From the NCBI GenBank assembly GCA_026785875.1, contig JAJAZF010000203.1, forward strand, positions 1 to 37,629: 37,629 nt of DNA, in the 5' to 3' direction. This document shows, piece by piece, positions 27,528 through 37,629 of this stretch; within the stretch, counting starts at the first letter, position 1; each line of letters begins with the position of its first letter. The translations under genes were made by a program, and so were the position numbers. The notes under the pieces are model-generated. The model saw nothing but the letters and a program-made list of their open reading frames with translations, searched no databases and was not told where the DNA came from. The DNA is from Chamaesiphon sp. (lineage in GTDB: Bacteria; Cyanobacteriota; Cyanobacteriia; Cyanobacteriales; Chamaesiphonaceae).

Positions 27528-27560
27528 GTAGGGTGTGTTAGGCGTAAGCCGTAACGCACC
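27528..27560 (+). repeat. GTAG-type REP-like palindrome
   Basis: GTAG-GGTGTGTTA-GGC-GTAA-GCC-G-TAACGCACC. Confidence 0.75.
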
Positions 27561-27650
27561 ATTACCCGATCCCAGGGATCTGATTTAGGATCGATCGAGA
27601 GACATTATTAACAACGTCTCTATTATTTATTTAATTTAGCGGATTGGAAG

Positions 27651-28235
27651 CTACACACCAATTTCAGAAATAGAAGTTTCGACTGATGCTAACTTTTCAG
27701 CGTCCAGTCTACGCTTACGGGCATAGAGTTGAATTGTTGCAGCCATTAACACTACCAATCCCACGATTACATAACCAGTTAAATCCGTGGGCAAACTATC
27801 TTTAAAGATTGCCAATAGGACGATCGCGACTAAAAATAACGTCGGTAATTCATTAAGTCCGCGTAACTGTTGACTGCTCCATTTACACTCATCTACTGCA
27901 AGTTTTCTCATCAAACTTCTACAGTAGAAGTGATAGCCGATTAATAAGGCTACCAACCCTAGCTTAATATGCAGCCAATGTTGATGAATAATCTCCGGCT
28001 CTGTCGAAATAATACCGATCGCCATCGCGATCGTCACCAACATCCCAGGCGTGGTAATAATACTATAAAGCCGCTTTTCCATGATTTGGTACTGCTCTTT
28101 GAGAATGCCCCGTGCAGGTTCCGGCTTCTCATTTGCCTCAACATGATAAATAAACAACCGCACTAGATAAAACAATCCTGCAAACCAAACTGTAAACCCG
28201 ACAATATGAAAAGATTTAAACCACTGATATGCCAT
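27651..28235 (-). CDS. hemJ: Protoporphyrinogen oxidase HemJ
   Basis: WFKSFHI, WFAGLFYLVRLFIYH, MEKRL and NELPT motifs. Confidence 0.95.
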   Translation of the reverse strand: MAYQWFKSFHIVGFTVWFAGLFYLVRLFIYHVEANEKPEPARGILKEQYQIMEKRLYSIITTPGMLVTIAMAIGIISTEPEIIHQHWLHIKLGLVALLIGYHFYCRSLMRKLAVDECKWSSQQLRGLNELPTLFLVAIVLLAIFKDSLPTDLTGYVIVGLVVLMAATIQLYARKRRLDAEKLASVETSISEIGV

Positions 28236-28430
28236 AGGAAAGGGGGAATTAGGTGTTAGGTGTTAGGTGTGAGGGAATAGTGATAGGATTTAACTTTCAA
28301 CTTTTAACTTTTGATTGGCAATAGCGCGAACAACTTTTAACTCGTCTTCATCTAGGTTAGGCAAAAAGGCTAACGGTTGCTACCGCCATCGAGATAAGCT
28401 TAATATTATGCAATATCAGTAGGAGTTGAT

Positions 28431-29204
28431 GTGCCTTTTGATTTAATGCTCATGCTGGGTGGTTTGGTATCTGGGATGTTAGCTGGAATCCTGGGGATTG
28501 GTGGTGGATCGGTATTGGTACCATTGATGGTGGCTCTAGGCTTTACGCCCATCAATGCGATCGGTACTAGTAGCCTAGCAATTTTGCTCACTTCACTGTC
28601 AGGGAGTATCCAAAACTGGCGGATGGGATATATCGATTGGCGAAAAATTAGCTCGCTCGGATTACCTGCATTACTCACAGCTCAACTCGGCGCAGCTATC
28701 GCCCAATACATTCCTGCTGCTTGGCTGTTGTTTGGGTTTGCGGCACTGATGGTGACAAATATCTATCTAGTCGGGTTGAAACAGCGATCGATCGCGATCG
28801 AATCGAGCCTACCAGCCACGACAAGGCAGAAACTATTATCAAGTACCCTTACAGGCTGTTCGGCTGGCTTAGTGGCTGGTTTAGTGGGGGTTGGTGGTGG
28901 AGCAATTTTAGTACCTTTACAGATGCTGCTACTGGGAGAGACAATTAAGGTAGCAATTCAGACTAGTCTAGGAGTGGTTTTTCTTACCGCTGTTTCGGCA
29001 ACGATCGGACATGGTATCAATGGTCATGTCTTATTTAGTCAAGGTATAATTCTAGGAATTGGTGGCTTATTAGGCGCACAATTTGGCACTCGCTATTTAC
29101 CAAAAATACCCGATCGGATTGTTAACAATCTATTTCGCTTCACCCTACTGCTAATTTCTATTTATACTTTTATGCAAGGGATAAGTCAGTTGACCAAACA
29201 TTAG
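28431..29204 (+). CDS. Sulfite exporter TauE/SafE family protein
   Basis: Duplicated GxxGxGGG...VP and AIxTS motifs; multi-TM. Confidence 0.9.
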   Translation: MPFDLMLMLGGLVSGMLAGILGIGGGSVLVPLMVALGFTPINAIGTSSLAILLTSLSGSIQNWRMGYIDWRKISSLGLPALLTAQLGAAIAQYIPAAWLLFGFAALMVTNIYLVGLKQRSIAIESSLPATTRQKLLSSTLTGCSAGLVAGLVGVGGGAILVPLQMLLLGETIKVAIQTSLGVVFLTAVSATIGHGINGHVLFSQGIILGIGGLLGAQFGTRYLPKIPDRIVNNLFRFTLLLISIYTFMQGISQLTKH

Positions 29205-29305
29205 AGGTTTAGAGCTTTCTGCCTAAAGGTACGCTAGTTGTTATTAGTCCGTTGCTACGCTGAGTCCAAGAAGTTGAATTCCATCACTATTCAATATAGC
29301 CTAAC

Positions 29306-29854
29306 ATGTCTAGTTCCATCGTTGAAATACTTTCTGCTGATGAAATTCGGAGAACGATCGTCAGGTTAGCTTCAGAGATAAATGAACGCTGTCGAGATTT
29401 GTCGCAGATAGTGCTAGTCGGAATTCAAAAAAAAGGTGTTCCCCTAACAAGAATGTTGGCAAAACAGATCGAAGTATTGGAAGGGATAAAAGTACCTGAA
29501 GCGGCTTTAGATATTACTTTCTATCGTGACGATCTCGATCTAATTGCCGTGCGAACGCCAGGTAAAACTGAGATTCCGGTAGACTTGAATGGTAAGACAG
29601 TAATTTTAGTAGATGATGTGATCTTTCAAGGTCGAACCATCCGCGCAGCAATGAATGCTATCAATGAGTATGGTAGACCTAAACACATTTTACTAGCAGT
29701 ATTAATCGATCGAGGTCATCGGCAAGTACCGATTCATCCCGATTTTGTTGGAAAGAGGCTACCTACTGCGCGAGACGAACAAATCAAGGTCTATTTTCAA
29801 GATCCCGACGGCAGAGATGCTGTAGAGTTGATTCGGGCAACAACTCCGGTATAG
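29306..29854 (+). CDS. pyrR: PyrR bifunctional regulator / uracil phosphoribosyltransferase
   Basis: [25 protein letters not shown] and [12 protein letters not shown] motifs. Confidence 0.93.
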   Translation: MSSSIVEILSADEIRRTIVRLASEINERCRDLSQIVLVGIQKKGVPLTRMLAKQIEVLEGIKVPEAALDITFYRDDLDLIAVRTPGKTEIPVDLNGKTVILVDDVIFQGRTIRAAMNAINEYGRPKHILLAVLIDRGHRQVPIHPDFVGKRLPTARDEQIKVYFQDPDGRDAVELIRATTPV

Positions 29855-29897
29855 ACTACCAAAGCTGCATTTTGTCGCTACTTGTATTCGACGATCG

Positions 29898-30191
29898 TTA
29901 GCTACCTAGCATGGTAATAATACCTTGCTGTCCGACCAAAACTTCCCGAATTAAACTTACAATTCCTACCCAGACAATCGGGGTAATATCCACTCCACCA
30001 ATTGGCGGAATTAGCTTGCGAGAAGGAGCTAAAAAAGGCTCTGTAGGTGCAATCACTAGACTAAATGGCAACTTTTGGCTCTCTACCTGTGGATACCACG
30101 TTAGCACGATCCGAAAGATAAATAAAAATGTCATCACTACCAAGATCAGGCTAATCGCGATGTTAATTAATTGAATGTTATTAGCAGTCAT
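29898..30191 (-). CDS. YggT family membrane protein
   Basis: RIVLTWYP, PTEPFL, PPIGGVDITP; ATG 30191 preferred because the upstream extension is heptamer repeat. Confidence 0.9.
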   Translation of the reverse strand: MTANNIQLINIAISLILVVMTFLFIFRIVLTWYPQVESQKLPFSLVIAPTEPFLAPSRKLIPPIGGVDITPIVWVGIVSLIREVLVGQQGIITMLGS

Positions 30192-30218
30192 TTCGATTTG
30201 GGATTTGGGATTTTGGAT

Positions 30219-30258
30219 TTGCAATCCAGATCCAGCGGTTTTTCGATCTGGATTGCAA
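30219..30258. repeat. 14-bp perfect inverted repeat upstream of yggT
   Basis: TTGCAATCCAGATC-N12-GATCTGGATTGCAA. Confidence 0.75.
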
Positions 30259-30379
30259 CAACTAAGATGATGAAGGGATATGTCTGATTGCTACACTTCT
30301 GAAGGGGGGTTAGGGGGGATCTGCTAGGATTTGCGAGTGCTTTTCTATCCGCATCCATTCATCCTCTAAGATTATCCCT

Positions 30380-31195
30380 CTACGCAAAAACTCGATGTTG
30401 GAGCGAGGGCATTTGAGCGCGCGCACGAGCTAGACGAGTGGGATCGATTTCGGCGATCGCGACTCCAGGTAGCTCACCAGCATCAGCTAAAATGATTCCC
30501 CAAGGATCGATAATCATCGCGTGTCCGTGAGTTTGGCGCATGGCGTAGTGGTTGCCAGTTTGAGCCGGAGCGATCACATAACAGCTATTTTCGATCGCGC
30601 GTGCTTGGAGTAATACTTGCCAGTGATCTTTACCAGTGTAAGCGGTAAAAGCAGCAGGTACAAACAACACGTCGGCACCTAATTTTGACAGATGGCGATA
30701 TAACTCAGGAAACCGCACATCATAGCAAACAGATAAACCAATTCCGCCTAATTGGGGCGAGTGATAGACATCGGGTAGCTTTACCCCTGCCATGACTGTA
30801 CTCGATTCATGATAAGTATTGCCATCGGGGAGATCCACATCAAATAAATGTGCCTTCTCGTATCTACTGAGTTCCTCGCCGTTGGGACCAACCAGTAGCG
30901 CGGTATTATAAACCTTCCCTTCAGTACCAACCGGAACCGGAAAACCACCGCCGACTAGGGTAATTTGAAATTTTTGAGCGGTAATTTTGAGAAATTTTTC
31001 AGTTTGAGTGGCGATTGCTTCAGCCTGACTGACTTTATCCTCTTCAGTACCCAAAAAGGCAAAATTTTCCGGCAGACTAACTAATTCAGCACCCCGACGA
31101 ACGGCTAATTCGATTAATTCTTCCGCCTGAGCTAGATTTTTGGCTAGATCCGGTAGACTCGTCATTTGCACCGCAGCAGCGAGGTAGGATTTCAT
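30380..31195 (-). CDS. Carbon-nitrogen hydrolase (Nit1/deaminated glutathione amidase-like)
   Basis: LPENF, YEKAHLFD, VCYDVRFPE triad, and ARAIEN. Confidence 0.92.
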   Translation of the reverse strand: MKSYLAAAVQMTSLPDLAKNLAQAEELIELAVRRGAELVSLPENFAFLGTEEDKVSQAEAIATQTEKFLKITAQKFQITLVGGGFPVPVGTEGKVYNTALLVGPNGEELSRYEKAHLFDVDLPDGNTYHESSTVMAGVKLPDVYHSPQLGGIGLSVCYDVRFPELYRHLSKLGADVLFVPAAFTAYTGKDHWQVLLQARAIENSCYVIAPAQTGNHYAMRQTHGHAMIIDPWGIILADAGELPGVAIAEIDPTRLARARAQMPSLQHRVFA

Positions 31196-31265
31196 GTGTG
31201 AGAAAAGTAGTAAAATGAATAGGATTGGAAGTATTGACTAGCCACCATTGACTAGTCGTTAGTCC

Positions 31266-31361
31266 CTAGAGTATTTTGGCAAACTTTAGTCCAAAGAACA
31301 GACCCATCGCAATGCCGAACATCAAACCCATAAAACCTAGATAAGCGATCGCACCAGACAT
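31266..31361 (-). CDS. petL: Cytochrome b6f subunit PetL
   Basis: MSGAIAYLGFMGLMFGIAMGLFFGLKFAKIL (31 aa, one TM helix); AGAGGA SD; divergent from aroB; not in the ORF track. Confidence 0.9.
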   Translation of the reverse strand: MSGAIAYLGFMGLMFGIAMGLFFGLKFAKIL

Positions 31362-31577
31362 ATATTTATCCTCTACAAGTACTATTCAATTACCATTAAA
31401 TCACTGACTGGAGCCTAGAAGATAGCAGCCGATCGAATTAAAGATCCGATGTTCGCCTTCGACCCCTAAAATTTAAGTTAGGGATGAGGCTTTGGGCTTT
31501 GAGGCTCTAGGAATGGAGCCTCAAATACCTATTTATTGTCTGCGATTAAATCCCCCTTACCCATCATCCCTAAATTT

Positions 31578-32711
31578 ATGGAATCGATCGCAGTTGCTCT
31601 AGCCCAAAAAACTTATGAAATCTCGATCGCCCCTGGAAATCTAGAGCGATTGGGGGAAAAATGTCGTGCGCTGGGATTGGGGGAAAAGATCATGGTGGTA
31701 TCCAATCCAGCCGTATTTGGACTCTATGGGGCGCGGACGATCGCCGCACTAACGCAAGCAAACTTTCAGGTATCATACTGTGAATTGCCAGATGGCGAAC
31801 GATACAAAACACTCAAATCGATCGAGAGCATCCACGATCTTGCCCTAGAGAATGGGTTAGATCGCTCGTCAACCCTAGTTGCTTTGGGTGGTGGCGTGAT
31901 TGGAGATATGACGGGTTTTGCGGCGGCTACGTGGCTGCGGGGGATTAATGTCGTTCAGGTGCCGACGACTTTACTCGCGATGGTGGATTCCTCAATTGGG
32001 GGTAAAACTGGTGTCAATCATCCCAAGGGGAAAAATCTGATCGGTGCATTTCATCAACCGCGTTTGGTGCTGACAGATCCTCAAGTTTTAGCAACATTAC
32101 CAGAGCGAGAATTTCGCGCGGGCATGGCTGAAGTCATCAAGTATGCGATTATCGGCGATCCTGAGCTATTCGATCGACTCGAACAAGCTAATGGACTAAA
32201 ACAGCATGAGGTCAATCTCGAACTCCTGTCTACTATTTTAACGCGATCGGCTAGAGCAAAGGCGGATGTGGTGAGTAAAGATGAGCATGAATTAACTGGG
32301 TTGCGGGCAACTCTCAATTATGGACACACGATCGGTCATGCGATCGAAAGTGTTACTAAGTATGTAGTAGTCAATCATGGCGAAGCTGTTGCCATTGGCA
32401 TGGTAGCTGCCGGACAACTGGCTGTGAAGTTACAACTATGGACTACAGCCGCAGCACAACGTCAAAATGACGTAATTCACAGCGCAGATTTAGCCACCAA
32501 ACTACCAACAGGGATCGATTTAGACGAGATAATTAAAACCCTAAAATCTGATAAAAAAGTTAAAGCTGGTAAAGGGGTATTTATTCTCCCCACGAGGATC
32601 GGTAATACCAAAACGATCGGCTATGAGGTAGAAAATCCTACCGCCGATCTAGTTTCAGATGCACTAATTACGCAAGTTTTAACAGCTATGTTGCCGATTA
32701 CAAACACTTAG
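31578..32711 (+). CDS. aroB: 3-dehydroquinate synthase (ATG 31578 preferred over TTG 31536)
   Basis: [25 protein letters not shown] and [12 protein letters not shown] motifs. Confidence 0.97.
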   Translation: MESIAVALAQKTYEISIAPGNLERLGEKCRALGLGEKIMVVSNPAVFGLYGARTIAALTQANFQVSYCELPDGERYKTLKSIESIHDLALENGLDRSSTLVALGGGVIGDMTGFAAATWLRGINVVQVPTTLLAMVDSSIGGKTGVNHPKGKNLIGAFHQPRLVLTDPQVLATLPEREFRAGMAEVIKYAIIGDPELFDRLEQANGLKQHEVNLELLSTILTRSARAKADVVSKDEHELTGLRATLNYGHTIGHAIESVTKYVVVNHGEAVAIGMVAAGQLAVKLQLWTTAAAQRQNDVIHSADLATKLPTGIDLDEIIKTLKSDKKVKAGKGVFILPTRIGNTKTIGYEVENPTADLVSDALITQVLTAMLPITNT

Positions 32712-32892
32712 ATTGCAGGTATTGTAGTTGAAAATAGGATAATTCATAATTATTAGACAGCTTGTCAAAGTGAAAAGATCTTCATTTTTGATCGAGTCAC
32801 CGTAAATGTCCCCTAGTCCTTCTGCTGCTGACTCCCGATCTCAATGACAGCAACAGAATGGCACCAGCAACCATCTACCGCAGCCACCGATC

Positions 32893-35800
32893 TTGAAATA
32901 TCTCACTCGATTTACCAATTTTTCGGCACGGATTCCAGAACATCTGCGATCTGCGTGGCGGTGGTTGCCAGGTCCCATCGCTGCGGCGATGGCGATGGGA
33001 TTAGTGCAACTTGGGGCAACTGCGCCATTAGATGATTTTGCATACAATCGGTTGACAGAACTACGCGGGGAGAGGGCTTGGGACGATCGAGTTGTTGTCG
33101 TCGAAGTTGATGATGAAAGTGCCGCTCAATTTAAAGACTTGCCGCTCAATCGCTCGCCTTACACAAAATTAGTCAGACTGCTGACTAAGTATAATGCTAG
33201 TACGATCGCCTTCGAGCAGATATTTAGCGATACTTCCCTCACTGACAATGAATTTATCAAAGCAATTAATGACCACAAAGCAGTAGTTCTCGCCCAAGGT
33301 TGGGACGAAAAAAACAGCCCAATCTCACCAACGCGGAGGTTGAAAGCCTCTGTTCAAGCAATCGGACACATCGACAAAATCAAAAGTCGCGATGGGGTGA
33401 TCCGCCAGATCCAATTATACAAAAATCGGGTATATTCTCTGGCCTGGATGGCGATCGAAGGACACAATCTTACCAACGCACCTGAAATCAAACGACCACC
33501 AAATGATGGCGATTTTTGGATTAATTGGCCCGGTAAAGTTGCCAAAGCCAACCACTACTCGTTGAGCGCGATCCTCCAGCCTCAAAACGAGCGAGATCGG
33601 CAACTGCTCGAAAAAGCATTTAATAACAAAATTGTCTTAGTCGGGGTAACGGGGAATAATGCCAAGCGGATCGATACGCCATTCGATCGAGTTGAAGGTG
33701 CTGCTAGTATTTATCTACATGCGGCAGTTGTGGATAATCTCCTCCAACGCGCTCAACTTGAGATTGTGCCCAATCAATGGCTACTGCTGGTGCTATTGGG
33801 AGTCAGTCCACTATTGAGCTATCAGCTCAGTCGGCTGACTCACGGGCAACGATTGCTGGCACTTTTGGGCATCGGTAGTGGCTGGATTACGCTCGTCACA
33901 GTGGCTTTAGCAAATAATTATTGGTTGCCAGTTGCCGCACCGATTACTGTATTACTAATCACCACTGTCGGTGTAGCTTATTGCGAACGGCAATATACAG
34001 ATTTTCTAGTTAAGCGCGAGATCGACAGGCTCTGGCAAACCCATCAGATCAATTTAGTCGCTCACCCACCCCGCTTTGGAGACAAGCAACTTCTGCCACC
34101 AATTCCAGTTGGTAAAGTGGCGAAATTAGCGACCATTGCGGCTGAATTGGGACGCGCACAATCTGCTCAGACAGCGATCGCTCATAGTTTATCGATGGGG
34201 TTATTAGCAACAGAATTGGACGGTACAGTCTGGTTTTGTAATTCAGTTGCTTCTCAACTATTAAGCATCAATGTTGGCGATAAAATCGAACACTGTCTGA
34301 TTCCTAATTGGTTAACCGCTCGTGAGTGGAAAGAACGTCTAAGCGATCTACACACCTATCAAAGTTTACCTGTTAAGGAAGTCGAGCATAATCATAAGTT
34401 TTTTAAACTTAAATTAGAAGCATTATTTAATTGGCAAGAGATCCAACGGGATATCATTGATGGTAAGAAAATTAAAGAAATTGCCGTAGTTTCAGGATTT
34501 TTATTAGTAATTGAAGACATCACTGCATCAAAGCAACTTCAGTCATTACTACTCGATCGAGAACGTCAGAGTCGCCAAGAGTTAAGAAAAGAAAATATCG
34601 ACTTAGAAAAAGCCCGTCAATTCGCTGAATCTGCGGGCAGGATGAAGAGTGCATTCCTGGCAAATATGAGCCATGAAATTCGGACACCGATGAATGGAAT
34701 TATTAGTTTTACCGAGTTATTATTGGATACAAAGCTGAATGAAGAACAGCGAAATTTTATTGAAATAATTCGCGGCAGCTCTGATAACTTATTAAATATT
34801 ATCAATGAAATCCTAGATTTTTCTAAAATAGAAGCTGGTGAACTGCAATTAGAAGAGATTGACTTTAACTTAACAAATTCGGTAGAAAAAACGCTAGAAG
34901 TATTAGCAAATAACGCTTATTCCAAAGGAATCGAATTGAGCTGTCGGATCGAACCAACAATCCCCAATAATTTACAAGGCGATCCGACGAGATTGAGTCA
35001 AATATTATTTAACTTAATTGGTAACGCGATCAAATTCACCGATCGAGGTGGAGTATCGCTGGATATTAGCGCGATCGCCACTACCGATCGGCAGACAAGT
35101 CTGTATTTCCAAGTCCAAGATACAGGCATCGGCATCGATTCGGATAGTCAAGACAAAATTTTTCAGTCCTTTTCTCAAGCTGATGCCTCCACCACTCGGC
35201 AATATGGCGGTACGGGTTTAGGCTTGGCAATCTCCAAGCGGTTAATTGAAATGATGGGTGGTAAAATTGGCGTAATTAGTGCCCCAGGTGCGGGTTCGAT
35301 TTTTTGGTTCACCCTGACTTGCCGTCGTGCTAGTCTCACCCCAGCAATTAACGAAGAATTGCTACTCACTCGTCAACTAGCCCAAACACTCCAGGGGCAG
35401 CAGATCCTCATCGCTAGTAATTGGGATCACAGTCGCCATGCGATCGCTTCTGCGGCTGAATATTACGGTGCGACTGTCACCACGACTACAACTAGCACCG
35501 CCGCCATGAATCTCCTCCTAGCTGCCGCAGTAGTAGGCAGACCATTTCAGATGCTAATTACCGATCTCTCGTTCCCAGATAGCCCCAACACCACGCTCCC
35601 AGAACAAATCAGTCACTATCCCGAACTCAAAAATCTGCGGATAATTGCGACAATTGCCTTTAATGAATACGATCGCGCATCAAAACTCCAGCAGCAATCG
35701 ACGATCGCCCAATACGCCTTCAAACCAGCCAAGCCGATCAATTTGCTCCACAGATGTATCGAGACACAATTAAGTGCCTCACCCGAGCAAAAGTCATTCG

Positions 35801-36351
35801 AGAGCATTACCGATCCCAAACCTCCCCAGCCCCAAATCTTGCCCCAGCCATCCAGTTCTAATTTGCGGATATTGGTAGCAGAAGATAATAAAGTCAATCA
35901 AAAAGTTGTCCTCAATCAACTCAAAAATTTGGGTTACGCCGCCGATCTTGCCTGTGATGGGGAAGAAGTACTTGCCAAAATTGCCTGCCAAGATTACGAC
36001 GCGATTTTGATGGATTGTCATATGCCTCGGCTCGATGGCTATGCCGCTACCAGAGAAATCCGCATCCGTGAAGGTAAAGTGCGTCATACAATTATCATCG
36101 CCCTCACCGCCAGTGCGATGAAGGAAGATCGAGAATTAGCCATGTCAGCGGGGATGGATGACTTTTTGTCTAAACCCGTTCGCAAAGACGAACTATCCGC
36201 CAAAATCGCCCACTGGATACAGCAATTATCGTCGCTCCCATCTCCGGGCGATCCAGTTGACGAGCAGCTCCGCCCACAAGTCCACAACTCCCCAACAGAT
36301 CCGCACCAAGAAAACGTCATCACTAACGCGATCGCCAGTAATCATTTGTAG
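32893..36351 (+). CDS. CHASE2-domain hybrid histidine kinase (CHASE2, 3 TM, PAS-like, HisKA, HATPase, degenerate REC, REC)
   Basis: [36 protein letters not shown]...MDCHMP...SKP; TTG start uncertain. Confidence 0.93.
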   Translation: MKYLTRFTNFSARIPEHLRSAWRWLPGPIAAAMAMGLVQLGATAPLDDFAYNRLTELRGERAWDDRVVVVEVDDESAAQFKDLPLNRSPYTKLVRLLTKYNASTIAFEQIFSDTSLTDNEFIKAINDHKAVVLAQGWDEKNSPISPTRRLKASVQAIGHIDKIKSRDGVIRQIQLYKNRVYSLAWMAIEGHNLTNAPEIKRPPNDGDFWINWPGKVAKANHYSLSAILQPQNERDRQLLEKAFNNKIVLVGVTGNNAKRIDTPFDRVEGAASIYLHAAVVDNLLQRAQLEIVPNQWLLLVLLGVSPLLSYQLSRLTHGQRLLALLGIGSGWITLVTVALANNYWLPVAAPITVLLITTVGVAYCERQYTDFLVKREIDRLWQTHQINLVAHPPRFGDKQLLPPIPVGKVAKLATIAAELGRAQSAQTAIAHSLSMGLLATELDGTVWFCNSVASQLLSINVGDKIEHCLIPNWLTAREWKERLSDLHTYQSLPVKEVEHNHKFFKLKLEALFNWQEIQRDIIDGKKIKEIAVVSGFLLVIEDITASKQLQSLLLDRERQSRQELRKENIDLEKARQFAESAGRMKSAFLANMSHEIRTPMNGIISFTELLLDTKLNEEQRNFIEIIRGSSDNLLNIINEILDFSKIEAGELQLEEIDFNLTNSVEKTLEVLANNAYSKGIELSCRIEPTIPNNLQGDPTRLSQILFNLIGNAIKFTDRGGVSLDISAIATTDRQTSLYFQVQDTGIGIDSDSQDKIFQSFSQADASTTRQYGGTGLGLAISKRLIEMMGGKIGVISAPGAGSIFWFTLTCRRASLTPAINEELLLTRQLAQTLQGQQILIASNWDHSRHAIASAAEYYGATVTTTTTSTAAMNLLLAAAVVGRPFQMLITDLSFPDSPNTTLPEQISHYPELKNLRIIATIAFNEYDRASKLQQQSTIAQYAFKPAKPINLLHRCIETQLSASPEQKSFESITDPKPPQPQILPQPSSSNLRILVAEDNKVNQKVVLNQLKNLGYAADLACDGEEVLAKIACQDYDAILMDCHMPRLDGYAATREIRIREGKVRHTIIIALTASAMKEDRELAMSAGMDDFLSKPVRKDELSAKIAHWIQQLSSLPSPGDPVDEQLRPQVHNSPTDPHQENVITNAIASNHL

Positions 36352-36382
36352 AGCTAAACAATCTCGATCGCGCGAGAATATG

Positions 36383-36391
36383 TGCTATAAT
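36383..36391 (+). promoter_or_regulatory. Extended -10 promoter of ffs
   Basis: TGCTATAAT ending 7 nt before the SRP RNA stem. Confidence 0.75.
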
Positions 36392-36398
36392 AAAAATT

Positions 36399-36492
36399 GA
36401 TTCGGCCCCACGCGGTCGTAACGCCCAAACCTTGTCAGGACTGGAAGGTAGCAGCAACATGGGATGCTTATAACAGGCGTGGAATCCGAATC
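36399..36492 (+). ncRNA. ffs: Signal recognition particle 4.5S RNA
   Basis: Domain IV GTCAGGACTGGAAGGTAGCAGC; terminal pairing GATTCGG...CCGAATC. Confidence 0.93.
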
Positions 36493-36636
36493 TTAAAAGT
36501 ATTTGTTCAGAACGCGTATTGCCATAACCCGCTACACATCGGCAAACCGTACCAATTATTTCTAGCATTAGATTCGATCGAGCCTTTAAAATAGAAACTA
36601 GATCGAAGATATTTATCATTACCTTAGAACTTAACT

Positions 36637-37023
36637 ATGGCTGGTCTAGGCGATATCGTTCAAAAAGCATTTTATCTTGGTGTCGGACTAGCGACTGCGG
36701 CTGGAGAACAAGCTGGTGAGAAACTTTCATCGATCGGTGTTCAAGCCCAAAAGCTCGCCGATGAAATGGTGGCAAAGGGTGAAATCACCACTGAAGAAGC
36801 CCGAAAACTGGTGGACGATATGATTAAGTCTGCCCAACAACAAAATTTAAATCAAGCTCCAACTAGCAATCCCGAACGCCCTAAAAAAAGCACCGAGCCA
36901 CGGCGGATTGAAATCGTCTCTGACGGCGAAACCTCCTCATCCAAATCTCCTGAAGATGTCAGTCAGATGCGGAAGCAAGTAGAAGCCCTGCAAGAAGAAC
37001 TCAAACGGATGAAAAACTCCTAG
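36637..37023 (+). CDS. Phasin-family protein
   Basis: KAFYLGVGLA...LADEMVAKGEITTEEA...PRRIEI; C-terminal coiled coil. Confidence 0.75.
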   Translation: MAGLGDIVQKAFYLGVGLATAAGEQAGEKLSSIGVQAQKLADEMVAKGEITTEEARKLVDDMIKSAQQQNLNQAPTSNPERPKKSTEPRRIEIVSDGETSSSKSPEDVSQMRKQVEALQEELKRMKNS

Positions 37024-37214
37024 ACTTTGCTGTGTTCTTCATTATCAGAAATTTCATTCCATAACACCCTCATCTTCTAGCTTATTTGCTAGCAATAGTT
37101 GGGGGTATTTTAATAGCTAGGCATATTACTGATAGACTAGCTCTAATTCTACCCGATCGATCGCAACTTCAAACCATTGTAATCGATCGATTACAATCCC
37201 AAACAGATTAGTCT

Positions 37215-37463
37215 CTAATCTTCATCAAACATTTTTTCTAACAACTCATCTTTTGTTAAACTGAAATGTTCGCTAATACTACGCAAGATAGAGTTTAAAG
37301 TCCCTATTTTAAGTGGATTGTGAGCAGGGATAGTGATGTGGTGTTGTCCGTTTTCTTGAGTAGTTAGACGAATGTGGCTGCCTGTTTGACGAGTATTTTC
37401 GTAACCAAAATTTGCCAGAAGTTGAATTAATTGTCCACTCGATAGGTTTCTGGGAACCTTTAT
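37215..37463 (-). CDS. hicA: HicA-family toxin with ATA start (start-lost pseudogene or non-canonical start)
   Basis: 82 codons: (I)KVPRNLSSGQLIQLLANFGYENTRQTGSHIRL...TIPAHNPLKIGTLNSIL; GSH motif intact. Confidence 0.85.
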   Translation of the reverse strand: MKVPRNLSSGQLIQLLANFGYENTRQTGSHIRLTTQENGQHHITIPAHNPLKIGTLNSILRSISEHFSLTKDELLEKMFDED

Positions 37464-37629
37464 GCAACAAAAACCTCATCTCTGACGATGTGTAGTCTAA
37501 TGATTTTTGGACGATCTGCTGGTGTGTCAAAATGACAATGCACGGCATCTTTAACCATAACTTTCAAGGTTTCCAAATCTTCAGCTTCTGTGAAAATTGA
37601 TTCCTGCAAGGCTTGCGCTGTATAGCCTC
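37460..37629 (-). CDS. HicB-like antitoxin, 5'-partial at the window edge
   Basis: GYTAQALQESIFTEAEDLETLKVMVKDAVHCHF...RPKIIRLHIVRDEVFVA*; overlaps the hicA start. Confidence 0.8.
   Translation of the reverse strand, partial: GYTAQALQESIFTEAEDLETLKVMVKDAVHCHFDTPADRPKIIRLHIVRDEVFVA

Noticed and set aside
30260-30379. psbX expected near yggT; G-runs at about 30304-30318 as a G-quadruplex
   Set aside because: No PsbX-like ORF is visible; there are only two G-tracts, which resemble a common cyanobacterial repeat fragment
289-36400. Numerous short ORFs nested in or antisense to long genes
   Set aside because: They overlap well-supported genes and have no recognisable motifs
36323-36619. ORFs 36323-36619 (-) and 36397-36594 (+)
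   Set aside because: Both overlap the SRP RNA gene
37309-37548. 79-aa minus-strand ORF in the track
   Set aside because: Off-frame shadow of the hicB-like and hicA genes

Overview
Cyanobacterial chromosomal window. CGATCG/HIP1-type palindromes are very dense, often as TCGATCGA, which suggests a Chamaesiphon-like host (inference). Most genes are housekeeping: zwf-opcA, tex, hisD, an LCP protein, an S8 peptidase, psaM, a CPA2 antiporter, a Sua5/YciO protein, larC, mutS2, Uma2, miaE, a GNAT, menG, hemJ, TauE, pyrR, yggT, Nit1, petL, aroB, a CHASE2 hybrid kinase, the SRP RNA and a phasin-family protein. psaM, petL, the SRP RNA and a hicB-like/hicA pair are missing from the ORF track. Accessory content: (i) a REP-flanked toxin-antitoxin hotspot where a DUF6888/DUF6887-like pair sits in place of most of a brnT toxin, next to a frameshifted brnA; (ii) an AT-rich m5C methyltransferase plus Bpu10I-family endonuclease; (iii) an intact hicA whose only available start is ATA. 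Intergenic DNA carries exactly nested 24-nt micro-elements, GTAG-type REP hairpins, heptamer tandem repeats, and a structured region with a candidate 14-aa ORF. Family assignments come from motif recognition, not database searches.
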